A stretch of DNA of 64,000 bases from Podarcis vaucheri (Eukaryota): assembly GCA_965113315.1 (NCBI GenBank), contig OZ220369.1. One strand, given 5' to 3'. Positions 23,301 through 37,464 of this stretch are shown piece by piece. The position numbers and the translations under genes were made by a program. Each line of letters starts with the position of its first letter. The first letter of the stretch is position 1. The notes below the pieces were generated by a model. That model made no database searches and was not told the DNA's origin. It worked only from the letters and a program-made list of their open reading frames with translations.

Positions 23301-26300
23301 TGGTAAAGAAATTATGAAATTAAGATTGTGAACAAGAGGAAGTGATTCTCTGCATTTTGATGATTGATTTACATGGGGGTTTCAGTGGACAACATGGAAT
23401 TCGTAACCAGAATATACATGTATACATACAACATAAAAATAGTGAATACTATTTTAAGATGTAAAATATTATACTACTACATCATAATACTGTATGCCAA
23501 GGTGGGGAAACATCAGTTCACAGGCTAATCTTGGCCAGCCAAATTACCCTGTGAGACCATTTTCCCCATACCACACCTACCTGCTGACGTCAGTAGTTAC
23601 ATCTGCTGATATGGAGGATAGGATTTAATCCTGCCTTGGCTGTCTTGTCCTGTTCTCAGCAGAGCCCTCCCACCTCCTTCCCAAAGCCCAGCTCCTTGCT
23701 TACCCAGCCTTGGTTAAGGCAGTGAGAGGGCTACGGGCAGGCGTCAAATGTTGCTGAGGGCCACCAAAAAAGGTATTGAGGGCCGTATGCGGCACTTGGG
23801 ATGAGCATTGGACCACCCTGTCTTAGAAGCTTATAGATACTGATGTCACACACAATTGCAACAAAGCCCACACATGCTACTGGCCAGTGTGCCCACACAT
23901 GCCCACTTGTTGACAATCTACACTACAGCCTGAAAGAATCAATTGCCTCGTTCAGTTTAAAAAGTAGCCTCAAGCTAACTCTTTCCCCCTACCGCTAAGT
24001 AGTTATTTACAAGCATGAACTATCAGAGGACAGTTGCCTTCCAGAAATCTAACAAATACCAACCCAGTCCAGACCTGCCTATTCTTCCTTCCCTCCTCAC
24101 CCAAGTCCTTCCAAAGTACTTTAAACAGGAGTCTATGACATGCTGTATTTCGGATGATAGTAGAAAAAACAAACAACTGTAATTCATCTTCAAACTCTTA
24201 CAAAGGCTAGGTATTTCACAAAACACCTGCCCCAGGTCAAAATACAGAAAATGCAACTATTATCAATGCATAGCTTCTTGCTACTCAAGGAATAATAGCC
24301 CCATCCAATCACTCTTTGAAGTCACCCAACCTGTTCACATGAGTCACACAGGGATACTCTCTTAAATGATCTTGGTGATTTATACCACTTTCTCTCAGCC
24401 GTGTATGTAAATGATGTAATTTCATCAGTGCTGCCCCTTCAAGTTATTGTTAAAAATAGCACAGGCATGATACACTGATGAAATGGATACACTCAATGCA
24501 GTGAAGTAATGCAATAAATCAATGGTCCTTCCTAAGAAGCACAACACAAGACGTTAGAGAGGATAGCAGCTCTGCATTTTCCACTTGGTCTTTTCTTCCT
24601 TCTTCTGCTTTCTTTTTTGCTTGATCAGAGAAAACAAAATGATGACTATTCAAACTATAAAATAAATTTAAAAATCAATTTGGGGGGATAGTCATCACCA
24701 AAAACAAATCATTTTGCTGCGTGACAGCTGACCCGTATTGCTACATCTTGAGTCCCATTACTTCTAAAGTTGATCGAAAGGCTGCATCATCTACCCCTTT
24801 TAAGACTTAAAATTGCCTATACCACATAGACTCAATGTAGGTTAACAACACTAGAAACAGAAGAACTTAAATATGCCATAAACAATTTCCATGCTTTAAA
24901 AGTATACTACTAAAATATCCCATGAAAATTACAGTACTGTACTTAAATGTGGCCATAAATTTAAAAGAGTTCAGGTTCAACATTCCCTTTCATCTTAAGT
25001 TTAGAATACTGCTACATGGTAGAGCTGCACAATGGACAGAAAATCCATGTTTTACTAATTTTGCATCATTTGAAATCTTAAATGGTGAAGTATTTGGAGT
25101 TTCATCTGGTTTTCATTCTCCTTGGCTAGGGCCGGACATACTTCTTCACATCACTTTCCAAAGTTTTCCATTCATAGTAGGCCCTCACAATCAAATGGCA
25201 CTGGTCCTGACCCAGCCACATGTTACGATCTCCTGTTCTATGGCGCTTTCTATTTTATCAGGTTATATTCCTCTCAGACTAAGGCCTGTATACTACAGGT
25301 GCTGTTTGACAGAAGTTTTCTCAGCAGTGTTAGCCCTGATATTTTTTCATATTTGGACCCGATACAAAAACTACTACAGTGACTATAGATTCCAAGCAGG
25401 CTGCAGGAAAATGTAGAAGTACTTTTTCAATTCTTGCATGAATATTATTCTCACTTGACTTCAGTTAGATGTAAGTGCACATATTTGCACTCGGTTGGGA
25501 GCCATCATCTCCAAATCAATTCAATACTGGCAATATAAAGATTAAGCTTTTCCCTTCCCTCCACATGCAAGTGGATATATTCTGGGTAACCTCTTATTAT
25601 TACTGCTGACACTTGAACCTCACCTTCTTTAAACCACCGGATGTTCAGCTTCAAATGCTTTTTAAACAAGTCGTCCAGAGAAACATTTGTGCATACAAGC
25701 AACATATATTAAGAAATATGTGAGCAAGAGACAGACTGAGTAATGAGTTAATAGGAATAGCAAGAAATAATGAAACTAGCAATCAGCAGTATTCTTTCAT
25801 CTCTTTAAAATTTAACCACTCTGTGCAGGAAAATAACCTGGGGGAGAAAAAACTTTAAGATGCAGATCAATTCTATGCTGAGGTACAACATCTATAACAG
25901 GGTAGAAATCTTCTTCAGTCTGACAGCTATATTCCCTTGTTGGAAATCTTCAGGGGCCACATGAAAGTGGTGGGTGGGGTCAGAGGCAAAAGGAGGAGGA
26001 GCAGCTAATTTAAAATTTACCTTTGTAGAGAAAGACTAGTTTCTTACACTCACACCTCTCCTCCATCCAGGCAAGGAAGAAGCATTATCAGAGTTCACAG
26101 ACACATTCCACTCAGGCAAAAACACTCAAGGAGGGCAAGAAGGTGGGCCAAATGTCAGACCAATTAGGGTGTGGCCTGGGAAGAGGGGGTGTAACTGGGG
26201 ATCCAACTCAAGGATCAGTAGTAAAAGCCGAAGGGTATCATTCAGACCCTGGTCTGAGGTTCTCTACCGCTTCATTATAAATGCAGAACTGTCTCACACT

Positions 26301-29269
26301 ATTTGTTGTACACCCTACTAAAAATGTTAAAAGAAAGAGAGCTCTATACACCACCTCACATAAAAATCACATGTTTCTATACTGCAATGATTGCTTGAGC
26401 TTGGAAGATGCTACATTCTTGACATGACTGCATACCTGTTATATATGTTCTTATGTAAGTGCTCCAAAAAAGTCATATGAGGAGCCTTGTGCAGTAAGGT
26501 TTTAATGTTTTCTCCATCATAAACTACTACTGTAAAAGCTTATCGAATGTAGAATTCTCTTCAACATCTGGTTTAATGTACTTTATCCCACACTATGCTT
26601 TTGGAAAATATGCTGTGGTCAGGACAACATCTGTTACAGTTCTAAACAGACATAAATACATAAATAATACTTGTTGCTCTTATCATCTGCCCAAAAAGTA
26701 GAGAGAATAATCTTGTTTTGTTTTATGTTTACATTCAGGGACCTTAATTGCAGGTTCTCTAGCAACAGTAAGATAAAAGGAATGTCCAATGTTTATCAGG
26801 TACTGGTCTACTGAATGCCTGTATTCGTTGTTTTTAATATTGAACTACAGCAATGTTCTCATAAACCAGTACCCTCCTGATGTTACTGGACTCCAAGTTC
26901 CATCAACCCAGGCCAGCATGACTAATGGTAGAGGATGATGGGAGCTGTAGTCCCACACATCTGGGAGGCACCAGGTTGGGAAATTCTGGACTAGACTGAT
27001 TAGACACAGATCATTCACTGGATTATTGTCAGGGAGGCTCTAGTTTTGTTTGTGCATGTGATCTCACAGAATGGAAAGACTGTTTTCAATTCTTTTGGAA
27101 ATTAGCTCAATTTAATATGTAGACAAAAAGACAGAAGCTGAACTTCATAATGAATTAAACTTCTTGGACTTGCTTAGTATTTAGCATAGTCAAGTTTTAA
27201 CTCTTTTTGCTTCAAAGCATACTTTAGAACGTTGAGTGACTATGTACAATACTTTGGCACAAGAGAAGTTGTGCCTATATTAATGACAGTACAAGATTTT
27301 CCATCATAACAAATCATTTGGTGAAGAGGGTAGTATCACAAATAATCCTAGATGATATTTGGGGATTGCCAATTGAAACAGAACACTGGGAGCATTGATA
27401 CTTTTCCTAGCACCAGAGTGAGTTAAAGTTTGTTTAATTAAATCTCACATTCTAAAATCCCAATGGAAGTTTGGATAACTCACTCTGGGTCTAGGAAAGG
27501 TATCGAGACTTCCAGTGAGATTTTAGAATGTGAGATTTTAATAAGCAACCTGTATCTCATTCTGGTGCTAGGAATGGTAAGTTTTGCTCATTAAGATCTC
27601 ACATGCTAAAATCCCAGTGAAAACAGAGAGGACCAGACCTATATAGATCCACTGATATTGGAAGTGTATGCCCTTGAGGTATGAAACATACAAATTATGA
27701 AAAACCACAGAAGAACAATAACTGGACTTGAGGTAACAATGGAAAGCAGCATACAATTGTTTTTAAGTGGAACTTAATTGAAGCATTGGATATTCAGTAC
27801 AACAGTGCTTTGCCCTACATGCACAAGACAGGCTGTCAATTCAGAATCTGCCATGTAAGTCTCTACTGAAGTGGGCTAATACAACCTGGCTATTAATTCC
27901 ACTTGCATGAACTAGAAAAACTGAAAGCAGATTTGTACTTGATTGAGACATAAAGAAGCATGAATAATAGCATACTCCCTTGTTTTGATTCTCTAAATCA
28001 TTTAGTACTATTATAATATTTTAAAGACACAAGGAGGGATGCAAGACAGAGCCATGGAAAACACACCTGCACACCAATACAATAAAGAATAGCAACTCCT
28101 GTGGCTAACCAGAAGCTCTGGGGGCAAGCGCTACTATAATTGTTGCAGTTACAGAACTGCCACAGAGAGGCAAGAGATAAAATTGTTGCACTGAAGAATA
28201 AATAGGGAATGAACAAGGCACTTTCCTTTCCTTCTGGATTACCGCTGGATTGTTCACAAATATATACCCAAACCAGGAACAGCACGCCTAGAAAATTAAG
28301 CATTTCCTGTTTTCATCAAAACTGAACTAAACAAAGAATTTGGATTCACTGCACATTTTACTTTCAAGTATGTATTAATAGAAATGTTATGTCTACTTAT
28401 AACTAATGTCACTTCACTGGCAAGGTTCCAAAACACAGAAAGTCAAGGAACAAAGGGCAAATAACTTGGCTTCTGCTATCCAAGTCTTTGCTGTAGAATC
28501 ATCATTCTCTCTAACCCTGGCACAAGAGGGAAGTTTCAGCACACTTGGAGAAAGCCGGAAGTTTGCAGAAGTACAAATCCCATCTTAAGAAAAATCCTAA
28601 TGAGGTTTGAGCATGCTCAGTCACCATGGAATGCTGGTGAACTACTGGGGTGGGAAGGGGGAAGAGGAAAGGAAGAACAGAAAACCAAATGGGAGGGGAA
28701 TTGGAGTATATTGGAGGGGAGATTACTAACTGGAACTCCACACTGCAAAGTTTTGTTGCAAATCCAACTTTTCAACACCCCAGTGCCTTTTCTGAAATCA
28801 CCAGTGGTTTCAAAAGAATGGTTTTTAATCATTATATAGGAAATACGGAACGCAAGAGGCTTATTCAATACAGAAAAAGCATTACTGGTTATAACACGCA
28901 AAATATAGATCAGAATTCCTTCCAAAGGACAATTTGCTGATGTCTAGTTGGTGTTGGAGACCAAGTCCAGAAATGCAAAGAATGGAAATAATAGAAATAG
29001 TAGAATTGTAGAGTTGGAATAGACCACAATAGTTATCTAGTCCAACCCCCTACAACGCACATGAGCATTAAATACTAATTTATTGCCAGGAATAATTTAT
29101 GTGCATCAATTTATCTATAAACTGATATTAATTCAGCACTGAACGAGAAACACCAAACACACTTTATCATCTAGAGTCAATTCTTAAAATATTTTAAAGC
29201 AGAAATATATCTTTTTCTTCAAAAATGGGAGTATTACACAGAAATATCATGCAAAACCCATAGATGCAC

Positions 29270-29393
29270 CTTTTGAGTGTTTCCCTGAAGGCCTCTTGGG
29301 TAATGACTCCTCAATGGAATGTGCTGATGTATGTAGTGCATTTTCTAAACTGTTACCGATGTTGTTTATGGGGGTCTCAGATCTTGGAGTGAC
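29270..29393 (-). CDS. ZCCHC14: ZCCHC14 exon 2 (VTPRSETPINNIGNSLENALHTSAHSIEESLPKRPSGKHSK)
   Basis: Acceptor ttcccag|, donor G|GTGCAT; 124 nt; hand translation matches the ZCCHC14 NSLENALHTSAHS motif. Confidence 0.93.
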
Positions 29394-32300
29394 CTGGGAA
29401 GGAAAAAAACCACAAGAAACAAACTAGTCAGTTTTATTTCTCCAAGTCAGAATCTTCTAATGGTTATTTAATTGGAAGCAACTTTCCTATTTACAAGTTC
29501 CTTTGTATTTATGGTATGTTATCATACCCATGATGAGGATCCAAAGGGTATTACACTATGAGGTTTCCAAATTAGGATTCAGTTCAAGGTTTGGCTTTGA
29601 ACATGAACCAAAACCATGTGAACAACCTGAAGACTCTTGTTTGTTGACCTTCTAGCTTGCATCAGTTTGTTACTACTGTTTATCCTAGTTGTAAAAGGGT
29701 ACCTAACTTCCTCAAGATTTCATTTTCTGGATATAAGCCTGACTCTCATTTCACAACCAACACTAGTTCACCTAATACGATGACTCACTTTCATAAAATA
29801 CACATATGAACAAAAGGCCCCAATCATTTCCAAATGCAGCACTTATGGCTACCAATGTTATTGTAGCTGGGGCTTAATACAACTGTAACTTTTTCCTCTA
29901 ATGCAACATATTGTTGATATTCCTCAGAAGGAAGAAATGCAGTAAAACAATTGTTTACAAAATCAGCTGTGTTTTCTGTGGCCCTTCCCTTTCTTAAAGT
30001 TACAGAATGCAACTGTTGGAATATAAACCATTATATACACTGTCTTACTAATCATTGACCTCCCACCTTCTAGACACAACAGGACATTTGCACACAACTC
30101 ACACTGGAGCCAGCTAGTCCATGCTAGGACCCCTAGCTTGCCTACTCGCCTATTTCTGAAATGTGGCCCCAGCAGGATCCCAATAAGTTATTGCTCCTCA
30201 TCCAGTTACACTTTCTTCCAATGTTAATGGTCTCCTAATATCCTCCATCTGCTTTCTAAACAGCACCATACTCTGTCCATCTCTATGTCTTTCATCATCC
30301 CTGAGACACAGAACCATGTGCACCAAAGCAGCACTTGCCCACCCAGCATTACTGTCATAAAAAGGTGTTGAAGACCAGTATTTGTTATTTCTAAAGTACC
30401 CCCCCACACTCTAATAGAGTTAGCCTAAATGTAATTGTTTTAAGTAATCCAGGCATCAACTCTGTATAAAAACTGTTATACACTACAACTGTAAACTGAA
30501 GGCAAGAAATAGCATTCATCGCAGAACTGGCTATCCATTAGCATCCTGATAAACAACAGGAACTTTGGTTGTTTTTTACAAGAAAAGTGGGTAAATATAA
30601 ACTTTGCTCTCAAGGAAGCAAACAACTGGATGAACACAGGCAACAAATAAAGTCAAGACTAATAGCACAATCCAAACTTTGTTTACTAAGAAATAAGCAC
30701 TAACTGAATTCAATGGGGCTTACTACCAGGTAGGTGGGGTTACAACTGCAGCCTAAGAATATCTTATTGTTGTGTTAGGTTTCAAGGAGAATATACAAGT
30801 ATCATCAAGTAAAAGAAGCTAACAAGCAAAGAGAATGGTACCCCAAATATCTCTTTCACAGATGTTGCTTCTGTTAAACCTCCACTTGCTGGAGAGAAGG
30901 TACACATGAGGGTATATTTTCTATAGCAGCAGCCAGCCTGTAGAACATTCTTCCCCAGAAGACCTTTCTAGCTCTTCTTGTGTTAAGTTTTTGTCACCTG
31001 TTTTCTTGCCATATTTTCTTTTTTAAATGGATCAGTCCCAAACTCTTACCTATGATAAGATCAGCATCAAGCTCTTTCCTTCCCTCCTTCTCCTGTGCAA
31101 ATCCCACCTTTCATGGTTTGTTTTAAACATGATGTAGCATTATGCCAGCCTCAATATTAACTAAGATTAATACTAGCCAGGATTTACAAATGGTCTGCAA
31201 ATCCTGGTTAAAGGGGGTCAGGGATGACATTTAAAGGAAGCCATGGAGGGGGAAGTAAGTATGTGCAAGAGAAGGAGGAACACGTCTATCCTTAGCATGC
31301 TCCTGAAACCAGGAATGATTAGGTGGCTCCAAGGCAACATTCTAGAAAGAACTGTTTTATATCATTATACAGATAGTTCTCTTTTCCCCTTTTGACAATC
31401 TCAGGATTATTGATCGCTGTAGGGTTAATTATTGCTGTTGATATAATATTTTAATAAGTAAATTATTTGTAGAATCAAAGCATCTGAATAAGCATTGAAA
31501 ATATGACATTTATACAAGCCTACTTTAGAGTAGCATACACTTTTCACCACTAGTTTTCCTGTTAGTGATCACTGTCAAAGTTCACAGAAAATATGAAGAA
31601 AAAGTACTCTTTACTTCAGTAGCTAATAGGGAAATTTGTTGCATAACATAATGCCTTAAAAAAAGTTGGTCAGACTAAGGCTTAGATGGGAAATCTATGG
31701 CCATAGAGATGTTGTTGGACTTAAGCACCATTATATGGATATTTAATGATGAACTATATTCAGAACAGGAAAACATTCCTTTTTAATACCTTTTTGTGAT
31801 TTTAAGATGTGTCTGAGAAGGCATTCATTGAGCTGTAAATGAGTACCAGGAATCTAAGGCACTATACTTGCTCAGCATTAATTTCTATTGTCCTGTTGCA
31901 TTTGTTACTATAGTATGCTACTATGTTTTTGATACAGTCGTGAGTTAAATAAACTCTGAGCAAAGATGCTATATTTTCTGATTTATACCACAAAGCCCAC
32001 AGGATGCCAAAAGGAAGCTCTTTTTTGGATTCTCCACCCAAGGGATTCCAAGTTCAGGGATTCCCCTTTCAAAGCCCACAGCACACCTTCTGGCCACTTC
32101 CATGAGTCCCAACTATGATAGAAAATACATCTTACATCCTACTGTGTAGTGTTTCAAGCTAGGCTTGTACTTTTTCTTCTCTGTGGTAAAGGTTTTCATA
32201 GAAATGTATTGTGGTTGTTTTCTGACACTTAAGAGTATAGGACTTTACAAGTGTGTAAAGAAGCCTCACATCTAATAGTACTTGTGATTTGTATGGATCA

Positions 32301-33508
32301 TTTAACAGGGACTGCCAGAGAATGTTGTCTGTTGCTTGTCTAGCTACAGATTGAATCCAATAGCTGTGTGTTTGTATGTGTGTGTAGAGAGAGAGAGCGC
32401 GTGCGCGTGCGCTACCTGTAGCTGGTCTAAAAATGTCAGTTTATTCCAATAAATGAAGTTTTATTTTTTGAAACAAAGAATACCCAAAAAAAAGTTTACA
32501 GTAAGGATAGATTAGAGTTTATGTTTCTTAAATATACGGAGACTTGGAATTATCAAAATTCACAAAACAACACATTTCACTGTTTTTATATACCAACCAA
32601 CAAGCAGGTCTCTCTCTCTTAAACACACACGGAAAGCAATGTTCTAGCAAAGTAAATATTAGCTATCAGATAGATGCTTCCATTCACAGACCTATCAGTC
32701 TCAGAATGGACAAGTTTGTGTCAGAACTCCTGAACCAGAACAGTTTTTTTTACAGTGAAAGTTCTAAAGGATAAATCCTTAAAAAAGCTTCACTTTTAAC
32801 ATATGTAGTGTATTGACCTGTCAAGTTTACATTACAAAGCCACAGTAACAAAAGCAAAGCTTGCCTTCAACCACTTCTGAAAAGTCTCAAAACTCTTTTA
32901 TATTATACCACTCTATCAGCACCTTACCTGGAATGTAAAACCATTCATGCCTCATCTCTCCTTACTGATGCTACACAAGAGACACATGTGAAAGTGCCAA
33001 AATAACAGTGACAAAACCAGCACACTAATAAAGGATGCCTGCAGGAAGTAACTTTAACCTGTAGCTCCAAATCACATAGAATTCACTCAGCTATCTTAAA
33101 TCATTAAATAAACAATTTCAAGCACAATTGAAAAAGCAAATACTTAGGTCTCTACCTTTCCAGAGTAAAACAGCAGGAAGCTATTCTCTTGGTCTATCTA
33201 AAGAATGGCCAGTGCAAAACAGCTATACACTTCACAGAATGGCCATTGTTTTACTTAGGACCCACATCTAAGCAGCTTCTGACCATTAGGCATGGGACTA
33301 TCTTACTAGAGTTTAAAAAAGAACACCAACTATTGATGTGTAGAAAGAGCATCCTAGGAGAAGAATGCACATAAGAGAATGGAGTTTGACACTCTACTGA
33401 TGAGAAGAAGGGAAGTGGGATAGGGAGAAAAGTGACCTTTCTGGCCCATTGGTGAAACTAGCCAACAGCCACCATAAACCATAACTGCAAGACACTCTTT
33501 CTCAGCTA

Positions 33509-34270
<762 letters not shown>

Positions 34271-34699
34271 CTAGATAGAGACTTGGCTAATAGGGCCTAG
34301 CCTGAAAGAGGGTTTGGTTGTTGGTTTGTAAAAGGAGGCAGCACAGATACCAACACTGAAGGGAAAGGTAGACAGAGCACTCCCACCCACCACCCCCAAA
34401 AAGAAAAAGAAACTACGACTGAGGATCTGGTTGCTAATAAGGGTAAAAGTGCAGAGACCAAATAAATGAAGGGTGCAGGACCTGAAAAGGGAGGGAGAGA
34501 GGGAGGCAGAGCAGCTTCTGCAAGGCTGCAAAAGCGGATAAAAGTAGAGGACCCTCAGAGATGGGGCCAAGCACGAAATCAGAGCACCCCAATGGGGGAG
34601 AGGGAGAGGAGAGAACAGTGAGGACCCCAGCAGAAGGCCTCGATCGGAGGGCCAAAGGGGGCCCTGATCAGGTGGGGGAGGGGCGAGGGTCTTCCTCAA

Positions 34700-35860
34700 C
34701 GGGCTGATGATGGTCGAGGCTGGGGGAAGGGCGGAGGAGGGCGGCGGGCGAGGGGCTGAGGTACCCCCCCGGCATGAAAAGAAGGGGTAGGGAACCGGGT
34801 GGGCCTCACGTGTTAATCTCCCCCCTCCTCAGAAACCGAGGCTAAATGGGGGGCAAGGGGAGGGAGGGAGCTGAGGGAGGGCCTAGGCCCGTTATTTGGC
34901 GGATGAGGAGTGGAGGCCTCCTCTTGATTTCCCACCCTCCTCCTTTCCCCCTCACGGGGCGGCTCCCTCCCTCCGCCTCAGCCCGGCTCTCTCCATCCCC
35001 CTCTCCGGCAGGGCGGAGGAGAAAAGCCCGCCGCCGTCGCTGCTCACCCGCCCTCCTCCTTTCTTCCCTTGTTTTCCCGTCAGCCGCCGCCTCCTCCTCC
35101 TCCCCCCGGCGGCCAATCCACCCGCTTCGCCCGGCCGCCGTGCCGTTTCCTCCCCCGCCTCTCCGGTTCCAACGGCCACTAGCACGACAAAAGAAACCCC
35201 CGCGGTAGGCAATAGGCGGAGGCACACACGGTGCTGCTGCTGCTGCCGCTAGTGCTGCTGCCGCCGCCGCCTCCTTCGCCGCCGTTATGTGTGGTGAGTG
35301 TGTGTGATTCCAAAGGCGGAAGGATCCCTCTTCGGCTGGAAGTGAATCGACCAGGCCGGCTGGGAAAGGAGGAGGAGGCCGGGACTCATTCGCGCTCGCT
35401 GCCCCGCCCACTCCTCCCACTGACGCGTCGCGATTGGTCTGAGCTCCTGCACCCTTTCCTTCATCCCCCTCCTCAGCTCCGCTGCCCTCCGTCGCTTTCT
35501 CTCAGCTCTCCTCACCGCCCGCCTAACGGCAACCACTCGCGGTGCCGCCGAACATCAGCGGCTGTCAATCACGTCCCCCAAAGCCCCGCCCTTCAGCGTG
35601 TGGCGATTGGGCCAGGCTCTGATGGAGGGGCGTGGCCGTAGAGGGTCTGTTTCTGCGCGTGTTTGGGGCACGTGCTTGCCTTTGCCTTGATATGGCGGGG
35701 AAGAAAGAAGCGCCTCGGCCAACAGGAGGCTAGGGCCCTGGTTGCTTAGCAACAGGGAGATGGGGCTAGGGAAAGCCTGAATCGATAGGGCGAGAGGAGG
35801 GGGAAGTTACTCGTTGATGGGACGAGAGATGCTCTGGTTGCCTAGCAACCAAGGCAGCTG
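34700..35860 (-). promoter_or_regulatory. CpG island / ZCCHC14 promoter and 5' leader
   Basis: Highest GC and CpG density in the window. GC boxes at 35401 and 35583, CRE-like TGACGCGT at 35421, CCAAT on minus at 35433 and 35606, KLF-type GGGGCGTGG near 35627, RFX X-boxes at 35741 and 35837. Confidence 0.85.
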
Positions 35861-36060
35861 CGGTGACTGGATCAGTTGGGAAGGGGTCTTGAGGCTGCGG
35901 TGAGGAAGTGAGGACAAGAGGGAGCAAATGAAGAAGTTGGAGTCCACAATGGACCACCTTAACATGGTGGAAAGAAAGGCCTATGTTAGCCTTCCACAAC
36001 CTAGTCTACAAAAACTTTCCTTGTGCCAAAAGAGATGCTTGATTAACAACAGGCTAAGAT

Positions 36061-36484
36061 GTCCGTATAGTTAAAGCTATGGTTTTCCCAGTAGTGATGT
36101 ATGGAAGTGAGAGCTGGACCATAAAGAAGGCTGATCGCCGAAGAATTGATGCTTTTGAATTATAGTGCTGGAGGAGACTCTTGAGAGTCCCATGGACTGC
36201 AAGAAGATCAAACCTATCCATTCTTAAGGAAATCAGCCCTGAGTCCTCACTGGAAGGACAGATCCTGAAGCTGAGGCTCCAATACTTTGGCCACCTCATG
36301 AGAAGAGAAGACTCCCTGGAAAAGACCCTGATGCTGGGAAAGATGGAAGGCACAAGGAGAAGGGGACGACATGGTTGGACAGTGTTCTCAAAGCTACCAG
36401 CATGAGTTTGACCAAACTGCGGGAGGCAGTGGAAGACAGGAGTGCCTGGCGTGCTCTGGTCCGACTAAACGACTAAACAACAAC
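36061..36484 (+). mobile_element. BovB/RTE LINE, 5'-truncated 3' end
   Basis: Same RTE C-terminal peptide (ORF 36181..36405); (CAA)n tail; TSD AAGATGTCC at 36056-36064 and 36485-36493. Confidence 0.93.
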
Positions 36485-36512
36485 AAGATGTCCTAATTCT
36501 TATACTGTATGT

Positions 36513-36649
36513 CAGGCAGAAGCAAACTCGGCCCTCCAGATGTTTTGGTACTACAACTCCCATCATCCCTAGCTAACAGGACCAGTGGTCAGGGATGATG
36601 GGAATTGTAGTCTCAAAACATCTGGAGGGCTGAGTTTGCCTTACGCCTG
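36513..36649. mobile_element. Palindromic hAT MITE (family copies near 26860, 48780, 51085, 57550, 62500, 62780)
   Basis: Near-complete fold-back (ggccctccagatgtttt...aaaacatctggagggc); perfect 8-bp TSD CTGTATGT at 36505-36512 and 36650-36657. Confidence 0.88.
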
Positions 36650-37464
36650 CTGTATGTGGTATACCACTTATGTGGTGGAATGGAACCAGTGAGGCATAGT
36701 TCTTTCAGGATACAAATTCTGGAGAAGGGACACCAGCAATAAAACTCCTTAAATGCATTGGTAGCAGGTGACCAGCTGGGGAGGTGGTTCAACCTTGGAT
36801 GATAAGGGAATCAAAGGTATCCTAAAGGAGTTTGCAGAGAAGTTGAATGTTGTTTTTGCATTTCTCTTCACAGCAGATTATTGTAATTATTATTATTATC
36901 TATTAAATTTGTATGTCACCCCTCATCTGAAGATCACAAGGCAGTTTACCAAAATAAATAAATAAATACAAAATAGAGAACACAAAAATCATAGTAAGAT
37001 ATAGGGCAGATCTCTGTGCCTACTTTTGCAGGAAGGGAATCTGAGGAACTGAGTAGTGGCAAGATATTCCAGGCTAGGGCGATTCATTGTTTCATACCAA
37101 GTGGGCCGCAAGAGTACTTTGACATGGAACCCACGGGCCACACACTGCCTTATTGTGGGGTGGGGGTTGAGACCAAATCTGACAACCCATTGCCCCCAGC
37201 CCTCCTCCTGTCTTCCCAAAGGTGCCAGGCTTTGGGAAGGAAATGCAAGGCTCTGGCATGGTCCTAGAACCCTCCTATCTCCTTCCCAAAGCTAGAAAGC
37301 ACTAACTAGGCTTTGTGAAGAGACAGGAGGGCTCTAGGAAACTGTCAGAGCCCTCACACCTTCCCAAAGTACAGTGCCTTGCTTACCACTTTGGGAAGGC
37401 AGGCAAGGGCTGGTGTGTGTCTAATTTTGCTTAGGGCCACTAAAAAGGCATTGGACTACCCTGT

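Noticed and set aside
24922-25416. 164-aa plus-strand ORF in intron 2
   Set aside because: No recognisable domain or splice context; probably a chance ORF.
27397-27624. CRISPR-like repeat-spacer array
   Set aside because: Eukaryotic intron, mixed orientations, no unique spacers, no cas genes.
34842-35641. Several long overlapping ORFs in the CpG island
   Set aside because: Low-complexity Ala/Arg/Gly/Pro frames expected from high GC; no recognisable protein.
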